Source: Candidatus Woesearchaeota archaeon (GTDB lineage Archaea; Nanobdellota; Nanobdellia; Woesearchaeales; JAAOYA01). From it: a DNA stretch of 42,423 bases. The position numbers and the translations under genes were made by a program. The stretch spans positions 1 to 42,423 of the forward strand of contig JAAOYA010000011.1 of assembly GCA_018221105.1 (NCBI GenBank). Reading direction: 5' to 3'. Below, in pieces: positions 34,765-42,423 of the stretch (within the stretch, counting starts at the first letter, position 1; every line of letters starts with the position of its first letter). The notes under the pieces are model-generated. The model worked only from the letters and a program-made list of their open reading frames with translations, was not told the origin of the DNA and made no database searches.

Positions 34765-36179
34765 TTTGCGTTGTAAAATGCTATGTATGCTTTGTACATA
34801 TTGTACATGTCTATTTTGCTGGTGATCTCGTATGGCGCGTGCATTGCTAGTACTGGCACTCCTACGTCTGCAACGTCTATTCCGTATTTTGATAGCCACA
34901 TTGCTATTGTTCCACCACCTCCCTCATCGACTTTCCCTAGTTCTCCTGTTTGCCATGCTGCTTTGTTTTTGTCAAACAGGTTTGTTAAGTATTGCATGTA
35001 TTCTGATGTTGCTTCGCTGGTGCCGTATTTTCCGCCTCCACCACCGTATTTTTCTATGCTTACTCCTCTGCCAATGGTCACAGCGTTTGTTGGGTCTTCG
35101 ACGTCTTTGAACATTGGCGTACTTGCTGCTGTTACGTCTCCGTTTATTGCTTTTGATTTGTATAGTGCGTGTAGTGCTGTGTTTTTTTCTTTGTTTTTTT
35201 GTAGTAGTGTTTCTGTAAATATTTCTATGAATGTTGAGCGTGCTCCACTGTCGCCTACACTGCCTATTTCTTCTTTGTCAAAATAGAATGCTATTGTTGT
35301 CTTTGTTGGGTTTTTCGCGTTGAGTAATGCTTGTAGTGAAGCGTAGGCACTTGAGCGATCGTCTTGGCCGTAGCTTGCTATTAGTGATTGGTCAAATCCT
35401 ACGTCTCGTGCTTTGCCTGCTGGTACGAATTGTAGGTCTGAGCGCACAAAGTCTTCTTCTACTAAACCGTATTTTTTGTTTAAGTGCTCTAGTACTGCTA
35501 GTTTTATTTTGTTGCTTACTTTTTCGTCTTGTATTGGTATGCTTCCTACTACTATGTGTAGTTCTTCTCCGCTTACTGCGTCTTTTGCTTTTTTCTCTAA
35601 TTGTTTTTTTGCCAGGTGTGGTAGTAGGTCTGGTATCATAAAAACTGGTTCTGTGTCGTTTTCTCCTATTGAGAGTTCTATTTTCTTGCCGTTTTTTGTT
35701 ATTACAACTCCGTGCAGTGCTAGTGGTTGGTTGACCCATTGATAATTTTTTATTCCGCCATAATAGTGTGTTTTTAGCATTGCTAATTCTGAGTCTTCGT
35801 ATAATGGAAATGGTTTTAGGTCAAGGCGCGGACTATCAATATGGCTTGCTATTAGGCGTGGTTGATTGATTGTTTTTCCAATGATTGCTAGTGCTAGTGA
35901 GCGATGATTGTTTATCATGTAGACTTTGTCGCCTGCTTTCAAACTAGTAGTTGTTGTTAAATCTTTGAAGCCTGCTTTTTTTGCTAGTGCTACTGTATTG
36001 TTTACTGCTTCACGTTCTGTTTTAGAATTGTCTAAGTATTTTTTGTAATCATTGCAGAATTTGTTTATTTTAACATTATCTGAAGCAATGGTTTTTTTCC
36101 AAGCGTTTTCTTTTTTTATTGATAATTCTTCTTCTAATTTTTGATATTTAGTTTTTTTGTTCTCTGCAATCTTTACCAC
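34761..36179 (-). CDS. apeA: M18-family aminopeptidase (ApeA-like)
   Basis: KTERE, SHIDSPRLDLKP, HYYGGIK, YGQDDR, DKEEIGS, GGGGTIA, MHAPYE. Confidence 0.9.
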   Translation of the reverse strand: MVKIAENKKTKYQKLEEELSIKKENAWKKTIASDNVKINKFCNDYKKYLDNSKTEREAVNNTVALAKKAGFKDLTTTTSLKAGDKVYMINNHRSLALAIIGKTINQPRLIASHIDSPRLDLKPFPLYEDSELAMLKTHYYGGIKNYQWVNQPLALHGVVITKNGKKIELSIGENDTEPVFMIPDLLPHLAKKQLEKKAKDAVSGEELHIVVGSIPIQDEKVSNKIKLAVLEHLNKKYGLVEEDFVRSDLQFVPAGKARDVGFDQSLIASYGQDDRSSAYASLQALLNAKNPTKTTIAFYFDKEEIGSVGDSGARSTFIEIFTETLLQKNKEKNTALHALYKSKAINGDVTAASTPMFKDVEDPTNAVTIGRGVSIEKYGGGGGKYGTSEATSEYMQYLTNLFDKNKAAWQTGELGKVDEGGGGTIAMWLSKYGIDVADVGVPVLAMHAPYEITSKIDMYNMYKAYIAFYNAK

Positions 36180-36241
36180 CCTTGCCTTTTATACTGTTAA
36201 AAAAATATTGTACTATATTTAAAGTTATCGCACGACAAATT

Positions 36242-37294
36242 CTAGAATGTTAAGAGTTTTTTTGTCTGTTTTGTCAACACCTTACAACCAGATTTCTCGA
36301 CGATAATGTTGTCTTCTACTCTTACTCCGCCCCATTTTTTGTTATAAATTGCAGGCTCTAGTGCTAGCACCATATTCTTTTGTAATTCTTCTTTACTCTT
36401 TGAGTAAATGTTCGGTCTTTCATGAACTTCTAATCCTAAACCGTGGCCTGGCAAGTGTAATTGCTTATGACCTTCTAATAATTTATTGGCTAGCTTAGTG
36501 ATGTCTTGCAGTTTAGTTTTTTCTTTAACACTTTTTGTTATTTTGTCTAATGTGTTAACAACTGTTTTGTAATTCTCGATTTCTTTTTTGGATGGCTTGC
36601 CAAAATATATTGTTCTGCTAACATCTGAATTGTAGCCTTTGTACTTGACTCCAAAGTCTATTATGCAAAACCCTTTTTTTAATGGCGTACTGTTTGGCAT
36701 GTGGTGTATTTCATAAGCGTTTTTTCCAATTGCTACAATTGTATCAAATGCTGCTCCGTCAGCCAACTCATTAGCTTTTGTTGTTAGATGGCTTGCTAGT
36801 TCTTTTTCTGTTTTGAATTGTTTGATTTTAGAAAAAGCATCGGCGAGTATTTTGTCTGTTATCTGGCAAGCCTTTCGTATAAGTTTTATTTCTTTTGAAG
36901 TTTTTGTCAATCGCAATTCTTCTAAGTTTTTGCTTACATCGCGTGTTTTTAGTTTTGTTTTTTTTGTAAGCTTCAAAAAACCTTTATGGCTAAGACCATT
37001 ATAATCTAATCCTATTGTTTTGCGTTTTGGTAAAGTTTCTTTTAGGTGTGCTGCTATTGTTGTTTTTAATATTTTAATATTTTTTATACTACTTTCTTTT
37101 TTTGCTCGCACACTCTCACCTTCTGGAACTATTAGTGTTGGTCTGCCTTGCGAAGGCACTATTATTGCTCCAAGTCCTTTGAATTGTGTTAAATAAAAAA
37201 AGTTGGTATCAATGCTGGTTGTTTTCAGATTAAAAAATACTGCGTTGTTAAGACCTTGTTTTTTGAGGCTTTTTTGCAATTCTTTGATTTTCAT
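36242..37294 (-). CDS. pepQ: Xaa-Pro peptidase (M24B, PepQ/PepP-like)
   Basis: IDFGVKYKGYNSDVSRT, GHGLGLEVHE, LEPAIY, GVRVEDNI. Confidence 0.92.
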   Translation of the reverse strand: MKIKELQKSLKKQGLNNAVFFNLKTTSIDTNFFYLTQFKGLGAIIVPSQGRPTLIVPEGESVRAKKESSIKNIKILKTTIAAHLKETLPKRKTIGLDYNGLSHKGFLKLTKKTKLKTRDVSKNLEELRLTKTSKEIKLIRKACQITDKILADAFSKIKQFKTEKELASHLTTKANELADGAAFDTIVAIGKNAYEIHHMPNSTPLKKGFCIIDFGVKYKGYNSDVSRTIYFGKPSKKEIENYKTVVNTLDKITKSVKEKTKLQDITKLANKLLEGHKQLHLPGHGLGLEVHERPNIYSKSKEELQKNMVLALEPAIYNKKWGGVRVEDNIIVEKSGCKVLTKQTKKLLTF

Positions 37295-37412
37295 AGAAAA
37301 CCTTTAAAAATACGTTTTTTTAAGCTTATCGTATTTAAATAGACCTTTTAAAGTATAGTAATCTTTATATATTACTTCATCGTTAATTTGGTTAATCTTG
37401 AGGGAGAACAAT

Positions 37413-37673
37413 ATGGATGAAGATAAAAAGTTTTCAAGACAATTGATTGGAAAAACAGTCATTTCAAAGACTGGTAAAAAGTTTGGAGAAGTTGGCAACA
37501 TTATTTTTGAAACTCGCAGTGGCGAACTAGTACACTTGGTGCTTTCAAATCCTACTAGTTACACTCAAAAACTTGAACTTGAAAAAGATAAAAGTGGCAG
37601 TATACTAGTGCCTTTTAGCGCTGTTATTGCTAGCGGAGATTTTTTAGTTGTTGCTGAGGAAGACATCATATAA
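37413..37673 (+). CDS. PRC-barrel domain protein (CdpB-like)
   Basis: LIGKTVISKTGKKFGEVGNIIFETRSGEL...VPFSAVIASGDFLVV. ATG follows GAGGGAG. Confidence 0.85.
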   Translation: MDEDKKFSRQLIGKTVISKTGKKFGEVGNIIFETRSGELVHLVLSNPTSYTQKLELEKDKSGSILVPFSAVIASGDFLVVAEEDII

Positions 37674-37744
37674 ATTATATTTTTTTCTCTTTTTGATAAA
37701 GCTTTTAAATTAATAGAAAATATCTTGAACTACGGTGTAATATA

Positions 37745-38701
37745 TTGACTAGTGCTATTTGGACAGAAAAGTATAGGCCTAAAACTTTTAGTGAAGTTTT
37801 GGGACAAGTTGAAGTAGTTAGCAGGGTTAAAGCTTTTGTAGAACAAAAAAACATGCCGCACTTATTATTTAGTGGTCCTGCGGGCGTTGGCAAAACAACG
37901 CTTTCGCTTGTTGTGGCGCGTCAAATGTTTGGTGAGGGATGGCACCAAAACTTTTTAGAGCTTAACGCTAGTGATGAGCGCGGAATTGATGTTATTCGAA
38001 ATAAAGTAAAAGATTTTGCCAGAACAAGAGCTATTGGCGACGTGCCATTTAAAGTTATTTATTTAGATGAGTGTGATGCTCTAACGCGTGAAGCACAACA
38101 AGCATTGCGACGCACTATGGAAAATTATACTAAAACTTGCCGTTTCATATTATCATGTAATTATTCTAGCAAAATAATCGATCCTATTCAATCACGATGC
38201 GCTGTTTTTCGCTTTAAACCATTAAACCAAAAAAACATTGAAAGTGTTGTAGAGCACATTGCAAAAAATGAGGGTTTGACAGTTACTGACGGGGCAAAAA
38301 AAGCATTATATGATATTAGCGAGGGCGATTGTAGGCGTGTTGAAAACTTATTGCAAAGCAGTGCAGCAATTAAAAAAACTATTGATGAAGAACTATTGTA
38401 TTCTCTTGCGTCAAGTGTTAAACCTCAACAATTACAAAAGGTTTTAGAACTAGCTTTGGATAATAAGTTTGTACAAGCACGCTCAGAATTATTAAAGTTA
38501 ATGTTAGATCATGGTCTTAGCGGATTAGATATCATAAAACAAGTGCAAAAAAGCATTATAGAGTTAGACATTGCCGATAGACAAAAAATGCTGCTTATTG
38601 ACAAGTGCGGAGAAGTTGAATTTCGAATGACTGAGGGCAGTGATGAGTTTTTACAACTTGAAGCATTGCTTGCAAATTTTACACTAGCAAAAAATGGGTG
38701 A
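37745..38701 (+). CDS. rfcS: Replication factor C small subunit
   Basis: WTEKYRP, GPAGVGKT, LELNASDERG, DECD, QSRC; TTG start; no intein. Confidence 0.97.
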   Translation: MTSAIWTEKYRPKTFSEVLGQVEVVSRVKAFVEQKNMPHLLFSGPAGVGKTTLSLVVARQMFGEGWHQNFLELNASDERGIDVIRNKVKDFARTRAIGDVPFKVIYLDECDALTREAQQALRRTMENYTKTCRFILSCNYSSKIIDPIQSRCAVFRFKPLNQKNIESVVEHIAKNEGLTVTDGAKKALYDISEGDCRRVENLLQSSAAIKKTIDEELLYSLASSVKPQQLQKVLELALDNKFVQARSELLKLMLDHGLSGLDIIKQVQKSIIELDIADRQKMLLIDKCGEVEFRMTEGSDEFLQLEALLANFTLAKNG

Positions 38702-39725
38702 ACAACAAAATAGTGACTCTTTAGGAGACGCGAAAAATGCTTTTGAAAAAGCTAACAAGTTATTAGTTAGTACTTTTGAACAATTATCAAAAAAAGACGC
38801 TGGTCTTGGCGCAAAGGTTAAACAATTAACAGAACAAGTTGAAGCTTACAAAAAAGTTGATATGTTACTGGCACAGCTCAATAAGAATCTTAAGCTTTCA
38901 GAGCAAAAAATAGTTGGTTTAGGGAAAAAGTCTTACGAGCAAGAACATTTGATAACAGAATTAAAAAAAACCAATGAGTTATTGTTAAAAAAGCTCAGTT
39001 TAAAAGATCAAGCGACAAGTAACACTAAATTAATGCTTGATAGGGCGATAGAGAACGCTGCAGTAGAAACTGTTAATTTGGAGCGTTTAAAAAATCAAAG
39101 AAATGAACTTGCAAAAAAAGAGCGGGATTTGCTTAATGGATTGCAAAATCGTGATATTACTATAGCACAATATCAAAGCATGTTATCAAGTATTAAGAGT
39201 GCTTTGGCAGATCGTGACAAATTATTATCAACTTCTTTAGATAATGTAAAAGAATTGAATTCTAAACTGCGAAGTCATGAAGACCTTATTTTAGAGATGC
39301 AAAAAAACTTAGAAAAACAAAAGACCGGACAACAGAACTTGTCAAAATTAAAGACCGGTTTTGAAGTTGAGCTTGGAATGTTAAAGCAACGATTGCAGGG
39401 CTTTGAAAAAGACAATAAGTTGTTGCTCACCAAAATGTCAGAGCAAAATGTTATTATCAAAAAGCTTCAAACACTGCTTGGCCATAGAACTATTTTATTA
39501 GCTGATTCTACAAAAAAACATGCTACACAAATTAATAATTTAAAAGGTGATTTTGAGCGTAAAATAAAAAATATTATATCTCGTGAAACCGATGAAAGTG
39601 TTGCGCTAAGAGCTCACATTAACCAATTAAACAGGCAAGTTTTAGATTATAAAAAACAGCTCAATGATCGTTTAATGCGTGAAGCTCAAGTTATTAGTGA
39701 TATAGAAAGAAGATTTAAAAAATAA
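38694..39725 (+). CDS. Long coiled-coil protein of unknown function
   Basis: 343 aa with no proline and heptad-like L/K/E/Q periodicity throughout; overlaps the rfcS stop. Confidence 0.7.
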   Translation: MGEQQNSDSLGDAKNAFEKANKLLVSTFEQLSKKDAGLGAKVKQLTEQVEAYKKVDMLLAQLNKNLKLSEQKIVGLGKKSYEQEHLITELKKTNELLLKKLSLKDQATSNTKLMLDRAIENAAVETVNLERLKNQRNELAKKERDLLNGLQNRDITIAQYQSMLSSIKSALADRDKLLSTSLDNVKELNSKLRSHEDLILEMQKNLEKQKTGQQNLSKLKTGFEVELGMLKQRLQGFEKDNKLLLTKMSEQNVIIKKLQTLLGHRTILLADSTKKHATQINNLKGDFERKIKNIISRETDESVALRAHINQLNRQVLDYKKQLNDRLMREAQVISDIERRFKK

Positions 39726-39739
39726 AAGAATAAACGTTT

Positions 39740-40666
39740 TTATGATTGGTGTAAAACGTTCACTTCAGTTTTTATCAATTCGTCATAATCGTATTCTAGT
39801 GTGATGTCGATTGGTTTTTCGTAGTTTCCTTGATTGTTGACTTCTTGAGTGCATCTAATCTCGCGCTCTCCTTGAAATAATCGAACATCTCCTTCAGTGC
39901 TTGTTCCGTCTGTCAGGCCACTGCATTGTAATCCTGGCAACCCACTGTCAACTGTTATGTGAACAATGTCTTCGAATTCTCGCTCTTTTGTGCAATCACT
40001 GTTTACTTCGTAGACTTCTCCACTGCCAACATGTTTTATTTTGAAAATGAATGCTACTTTGTCACTGCCTGTTGCCACTTCGTTCAAACTTACTACTTGT
40101 ACTGGTGCACTGCTGCTAAAGACTTGTTTTGCTTCGTTGACTTCGCAGACTGCATTTTTGTCTTTTAATAGGTCTTCTCGAATGCACACTTTAGAGCTTA
40201 CTTTGGTGCCGTAAACATAGCATAGTTCTGCTTGTATTGGAAATGTCAGGCTTCCTGTTAGTTCACTTTCATAGTTGAGGTTTGAAAATGTTACGTGTGT
40301 TTCAGTGCCTTCTGTTATTGTTCCAGTAATACTTTTATCGCTTCCTTCTAGGTCTTCATCCGGACTTTGTGTTAATTGTGAAAAACTTTTTGAAAAGTCT
40401 TCTGCTCTAATACCGCTTATGGTGATTGATGCGTCACTCGCGTCTACGTCCCACTCACCTTCATTTTTTAGTTTTATGTCGACATCGAATGGAAAGTCTC
40501 CACCGTCAAAAACTTCTGTTGGTGGTGCTGATGGAGTAAAACTTATCACAATGCCTGTTGTTCCACCAATAAATGGTGCTACTCCTGTACTTACTGTTTC
40601 TTCTTGACATCCTGTAAAAACTAGTAGTGTTAGTATAAGCCCAATTGCTAATAATATCTTTTTCAT
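39740..40666 (-). CDS. Predicted acidic surface lipoprotein, paralogue 1
   Basis: MKKILL...VFTGC lipobox; beta-rich, with paired Cys; shares motifs with the neighbouring gene. Confidence 0.75.
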   Translation of the reverse strand: MKKILLAIGLILTLLVFTGCQEETVSTGVAPFIGGTTGIVISFTPSAPPTEVFDGGDFPFDVDIKLKNEGEWDVDASDASITISGIRAEDFSKSFSQLTQSPDEDLEGSDKSITGTITEGTETHVTFSNLNYESELTGSLTFPIQAELCYVYGTKVSSKVCIREDLLKDKNAVCEVNEAKQVFSSSAPVQVVSLNEVATGSDKVAFIFKIKHVGSGEVYEVNSDCTKEREFEDIVHITVDSGLPGLQCSGLTDGTSTEGDVRLFQGEREIRCTQEVNNQGNYEKPIDITLEYDYDELIKTEVNVLHQS

Positions 40667-40729
40667 TGTTTCAAACCTCAAAATATTGTTTTATGTTCTA
40701 ATTTTAACGGTTTTGGTATATAAATGTTT

Positions 40730-41653
40730 TTAGTCTGCGCTTAGTATTTCTACTGATGTGCTGATATAATCTGTGTATCCGTAATCTAATTGCACTGATA
40801 GTGGTGTGATGTATGCTTCAATGTTTTGTGGCGGTTTGCTAATCTCACACACCACAGTTCCCCTTCCATCGATTAATCGTACTGGTAGTGTTGGCTTGCA
40901 ATTGCCAAGCAGTGTGTTGGCTTGTTTTGCTTGCAATTCTACAATATTCATTGTTTGATAATCTAAATTATTAGGACATCTACTGTGTAATTCATCATAA
41001 TCTATTACTTGTCCGTCTCCCACGTTTTGTATTGTTATTCGATATTTTATTCTGTCACTGGTGACTTCTTGTTCAATATTTGTTACTGCTAGTGGGGCTC
41101 CTTGCGATCCACTGACTGAAATTATGTCGCCCCCTTGGCAAACCTTGTTTTTTCTGACTGTTGTGTAAGGGTCTGGGTCTACACAGACTTCTGTTGTTAG
41201 TATTGTTTGATATTTGTAACAGGCTGTAATTTTTATTGGTGCTTGATAGCTTGGTATGTCTGATGGTATGCTGACGCTGTTATCTTTAAACTCTACTACT
41301 GCAAAACCTCCTTGTGAGTCGTACTGGCTTTTACCGTTTAAGTCTGCAGGTATTGTTTTTGGGCTAAAGCGTGTAATATAAGAAGCGTCATAGCCTCCAA
41401 TGTACAATCTGCCATCAAATGCTATGTTTGAGTCTTGATCGGGGTACGCTCCGATATTGTGTAATTCTACAACAATGTTTAATGGGTCGCCTGAATATAT
41501 TCTACTTGGAGGATTGCCTTCTAGAAAACTCATTGTTAGTCCTTGACTGCCACTTCGAAAATTAGTGTTTGGTTCCGGCCCGGTGTTTGACGGCGAACAC
41601 CCAACAAGTAATGCTATAACTAGAATTATCGTGATAATCAATTGTTTTTTCAT
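40730..41653 (-). CDS. Predicted surface lipoprotein, paralogue 2
   Basis: MKKQLI...LLVGC lipobox; same PP, CY-x-Y-x-T, VC, AP and L-x-Y-x-Y motifs. Confidence 0.75.
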   Translation of the reverse strand: MKKQLIITIILVIALLVGCSPSNTGPEPNTNFRSGSQGLTMSFLEGNPPSRIYSGDPLNIVVELHNIGAYPDQDSNIAFDGRLYIGGYDASYITRFSPKTIPADLNGKSQYDSQGGFAVVEFKDNSVSIPSDIPSYQAPIKITACYKYQTILTTEVCVDPDPYTTVRKNKVCQGGDIISVSGSQGAPLAVTNIEQEVTSDRIKYRITIQNVGDGQVIDYDELHSRCPNNLDYQTMNIVELQAKQANTLLGNCKPTLPVRLIDGRGTVVCEISKPPQNIEAYITPLSVQLDYGYTDYISTSVEILSAD

Positions 41654-41715
41654 GTTAGTTTAACTTGGCGTTGTGTATTATATAAAATTATTGAAAAAAA
41701 ACAGTTCAGAATTGT

Positions 41716-42423
41716 TTATTTTGTGACTTTTAATTCTTTCCAGGCAAGCTCGAATAATTGTTCTAGTGCGCCTGCAAAAAATGGTGTGTTAACCCAAATA
41801 CCAACATCGTATGTCGGGTGTACTTCTTCATCGTCAAGCACCATGAAAATTAGTTCTTTGCCATCAACTATTATAAAACGGCTTTTAATATTGTCTAAGT
41901 GTCGAACTTCTGCAACTTCTGAAATGTCTTTTGCTGCTGCTTTTGACTCGTCAGTTATTGGCGCTGCAATGTGTATTGTAACGCCTCGTTTTTTTAATTC
42001 TTCAAGAGTCCCTTTTAACCCTTCAACTTTTCGCATCAACCCTTTAGCAGTTGTCATAATTGTGACTGTTTCTTGGGCGCTTCTAATTGTTAATTCAATG
42101 TGATTGTATAAATTGTGACGTCCACGAAGACTTCCTGATAGGTCTGATGGCTCTACCAGTTCTACTCCTTGAGTGTGCAAGCTTTGTAGTTCTGTTAGCA
42201 CATCAGTTTCTTGCAGGTTTTCTAAGCGTTTAATTTTTTCATCAGCGTCATTTCGCATATTTTTCTTTACTCGCTCTACTACTTCTTCTGGTTGTACTGC
42301 TATGTATTTTATTGGCTTTCCTAATTTTGTTATTGCAAAACCTTTTTTTTCTAGGCTTTCAAGAACGTCGTATGATCGTGATCGTGGAACATTGGCAATG
42401 TCTGATAATTCTCCTGCTGTCGA
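41716..42423 (-). CDS. TrmB-family transcriptional regulator/chromatin protein (5'-partial)
   Basis: The frame stays open to the window edge: STAGELSDIANVPRSRSYDVLESLEKKGF HTH, then a TrmB middle domain (RFIIVDGKE). Confidence 0.88.
   Translation of the reverse strand, partial: STAGELSDIANVPRSRSYDVLESLEKKGFAITKLGKPIKYIAVQPEEVVERVKKNMRNDADEKIKRLENLQETDVLTELQSLHTQGVELVEPSDLSGSLRGRHNLYNHIELTIRSAQETVTIMTTAKGLMRKVEGLKGTLEELKKRGVTIHIAAPITDESKAAAKDISEVAEVRHLDNIKSRFIIVDGKELIFMVLDDEEVHPTYDVGIWVNTPFFAGALEQLFELAWKELKVTK

Noticed and set aside
34765..34899. N-terminal extension of PAN in the ORF track (similar extensions for iscS, thiI-like, tbp, eS4, uL30, endA)
   Set aside because: The extensions overlap upstream genes or promoters; downstream ATGs with ATGA coupling, an SD or TATA spacing fit better.
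382..42103. Many short antisense or alternate-frame ORFs in the track (e.g. 382-642, 7076-7432, 17354-17737, 33920-34708, 34783-35286, 41642-42103)
   Set aside because: They lie wholly or largely over well-supported genes, have no motifs, and are expected shadows of codon bias.
1..42423. CRISPR arrays, transposases, rRNA genes
   Set aside because: No regularly spaced repeats, IS-like ORFs or rRNA-like tracts were seen.

Overview
Archaeal chromosomal segment, AT-rich, with BRE/TATA promoters and many ATGA gene overlaps. A fused PriS-PriL primase and the gene content point to a DPANN archaeon, most likely Woesearchaeota-like (inference). Left to right: (1) a minus-strand sulfur/tRNA-thiolation operon (Cys-rich HTH regulator, iscS, iscU, a ThiI-like THUMP protein lacking its PP-loop, a ubiquitin-like sulfur carrier, ttuA/ncsA); (2) a large surface/membrane protein; (3) tRNA-Trp(CCA) with a 79-nt intron carrying C/D guides for C34 and C39; (4) a DUF192 gene; (5) a candidate replication origin with ORB-like boxes upstream of tbp-mcm-rpa, with no orc1/cdc6 nearby; (6) the fused primase; (7) the uL3-to-secY ribosomal superoperon, lacking rpp29 and adk; (8) hjc, rnz, endA, fen, trm5; (9) a stand-alone C/D-like guide RNA enclosed in a bulge-helix-bulge; (10) an AT-rich ORFan; (11) pepQ, M18 aminopeptidase and pan; (12) a PRC-barrel gene, rfcS and a coiled-coil gene; (13) two paralogous lipoproteins and a partial TrmB regulator. 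The strongest leads are the two C/D RNAs that appear to depend on the tRNA-splicing machinery, the ThiI pseudoenzyme within a TtuA operon, and the cdc6-less origin candidate. All calls are by eye from motifs; no searches or folding programs were run.
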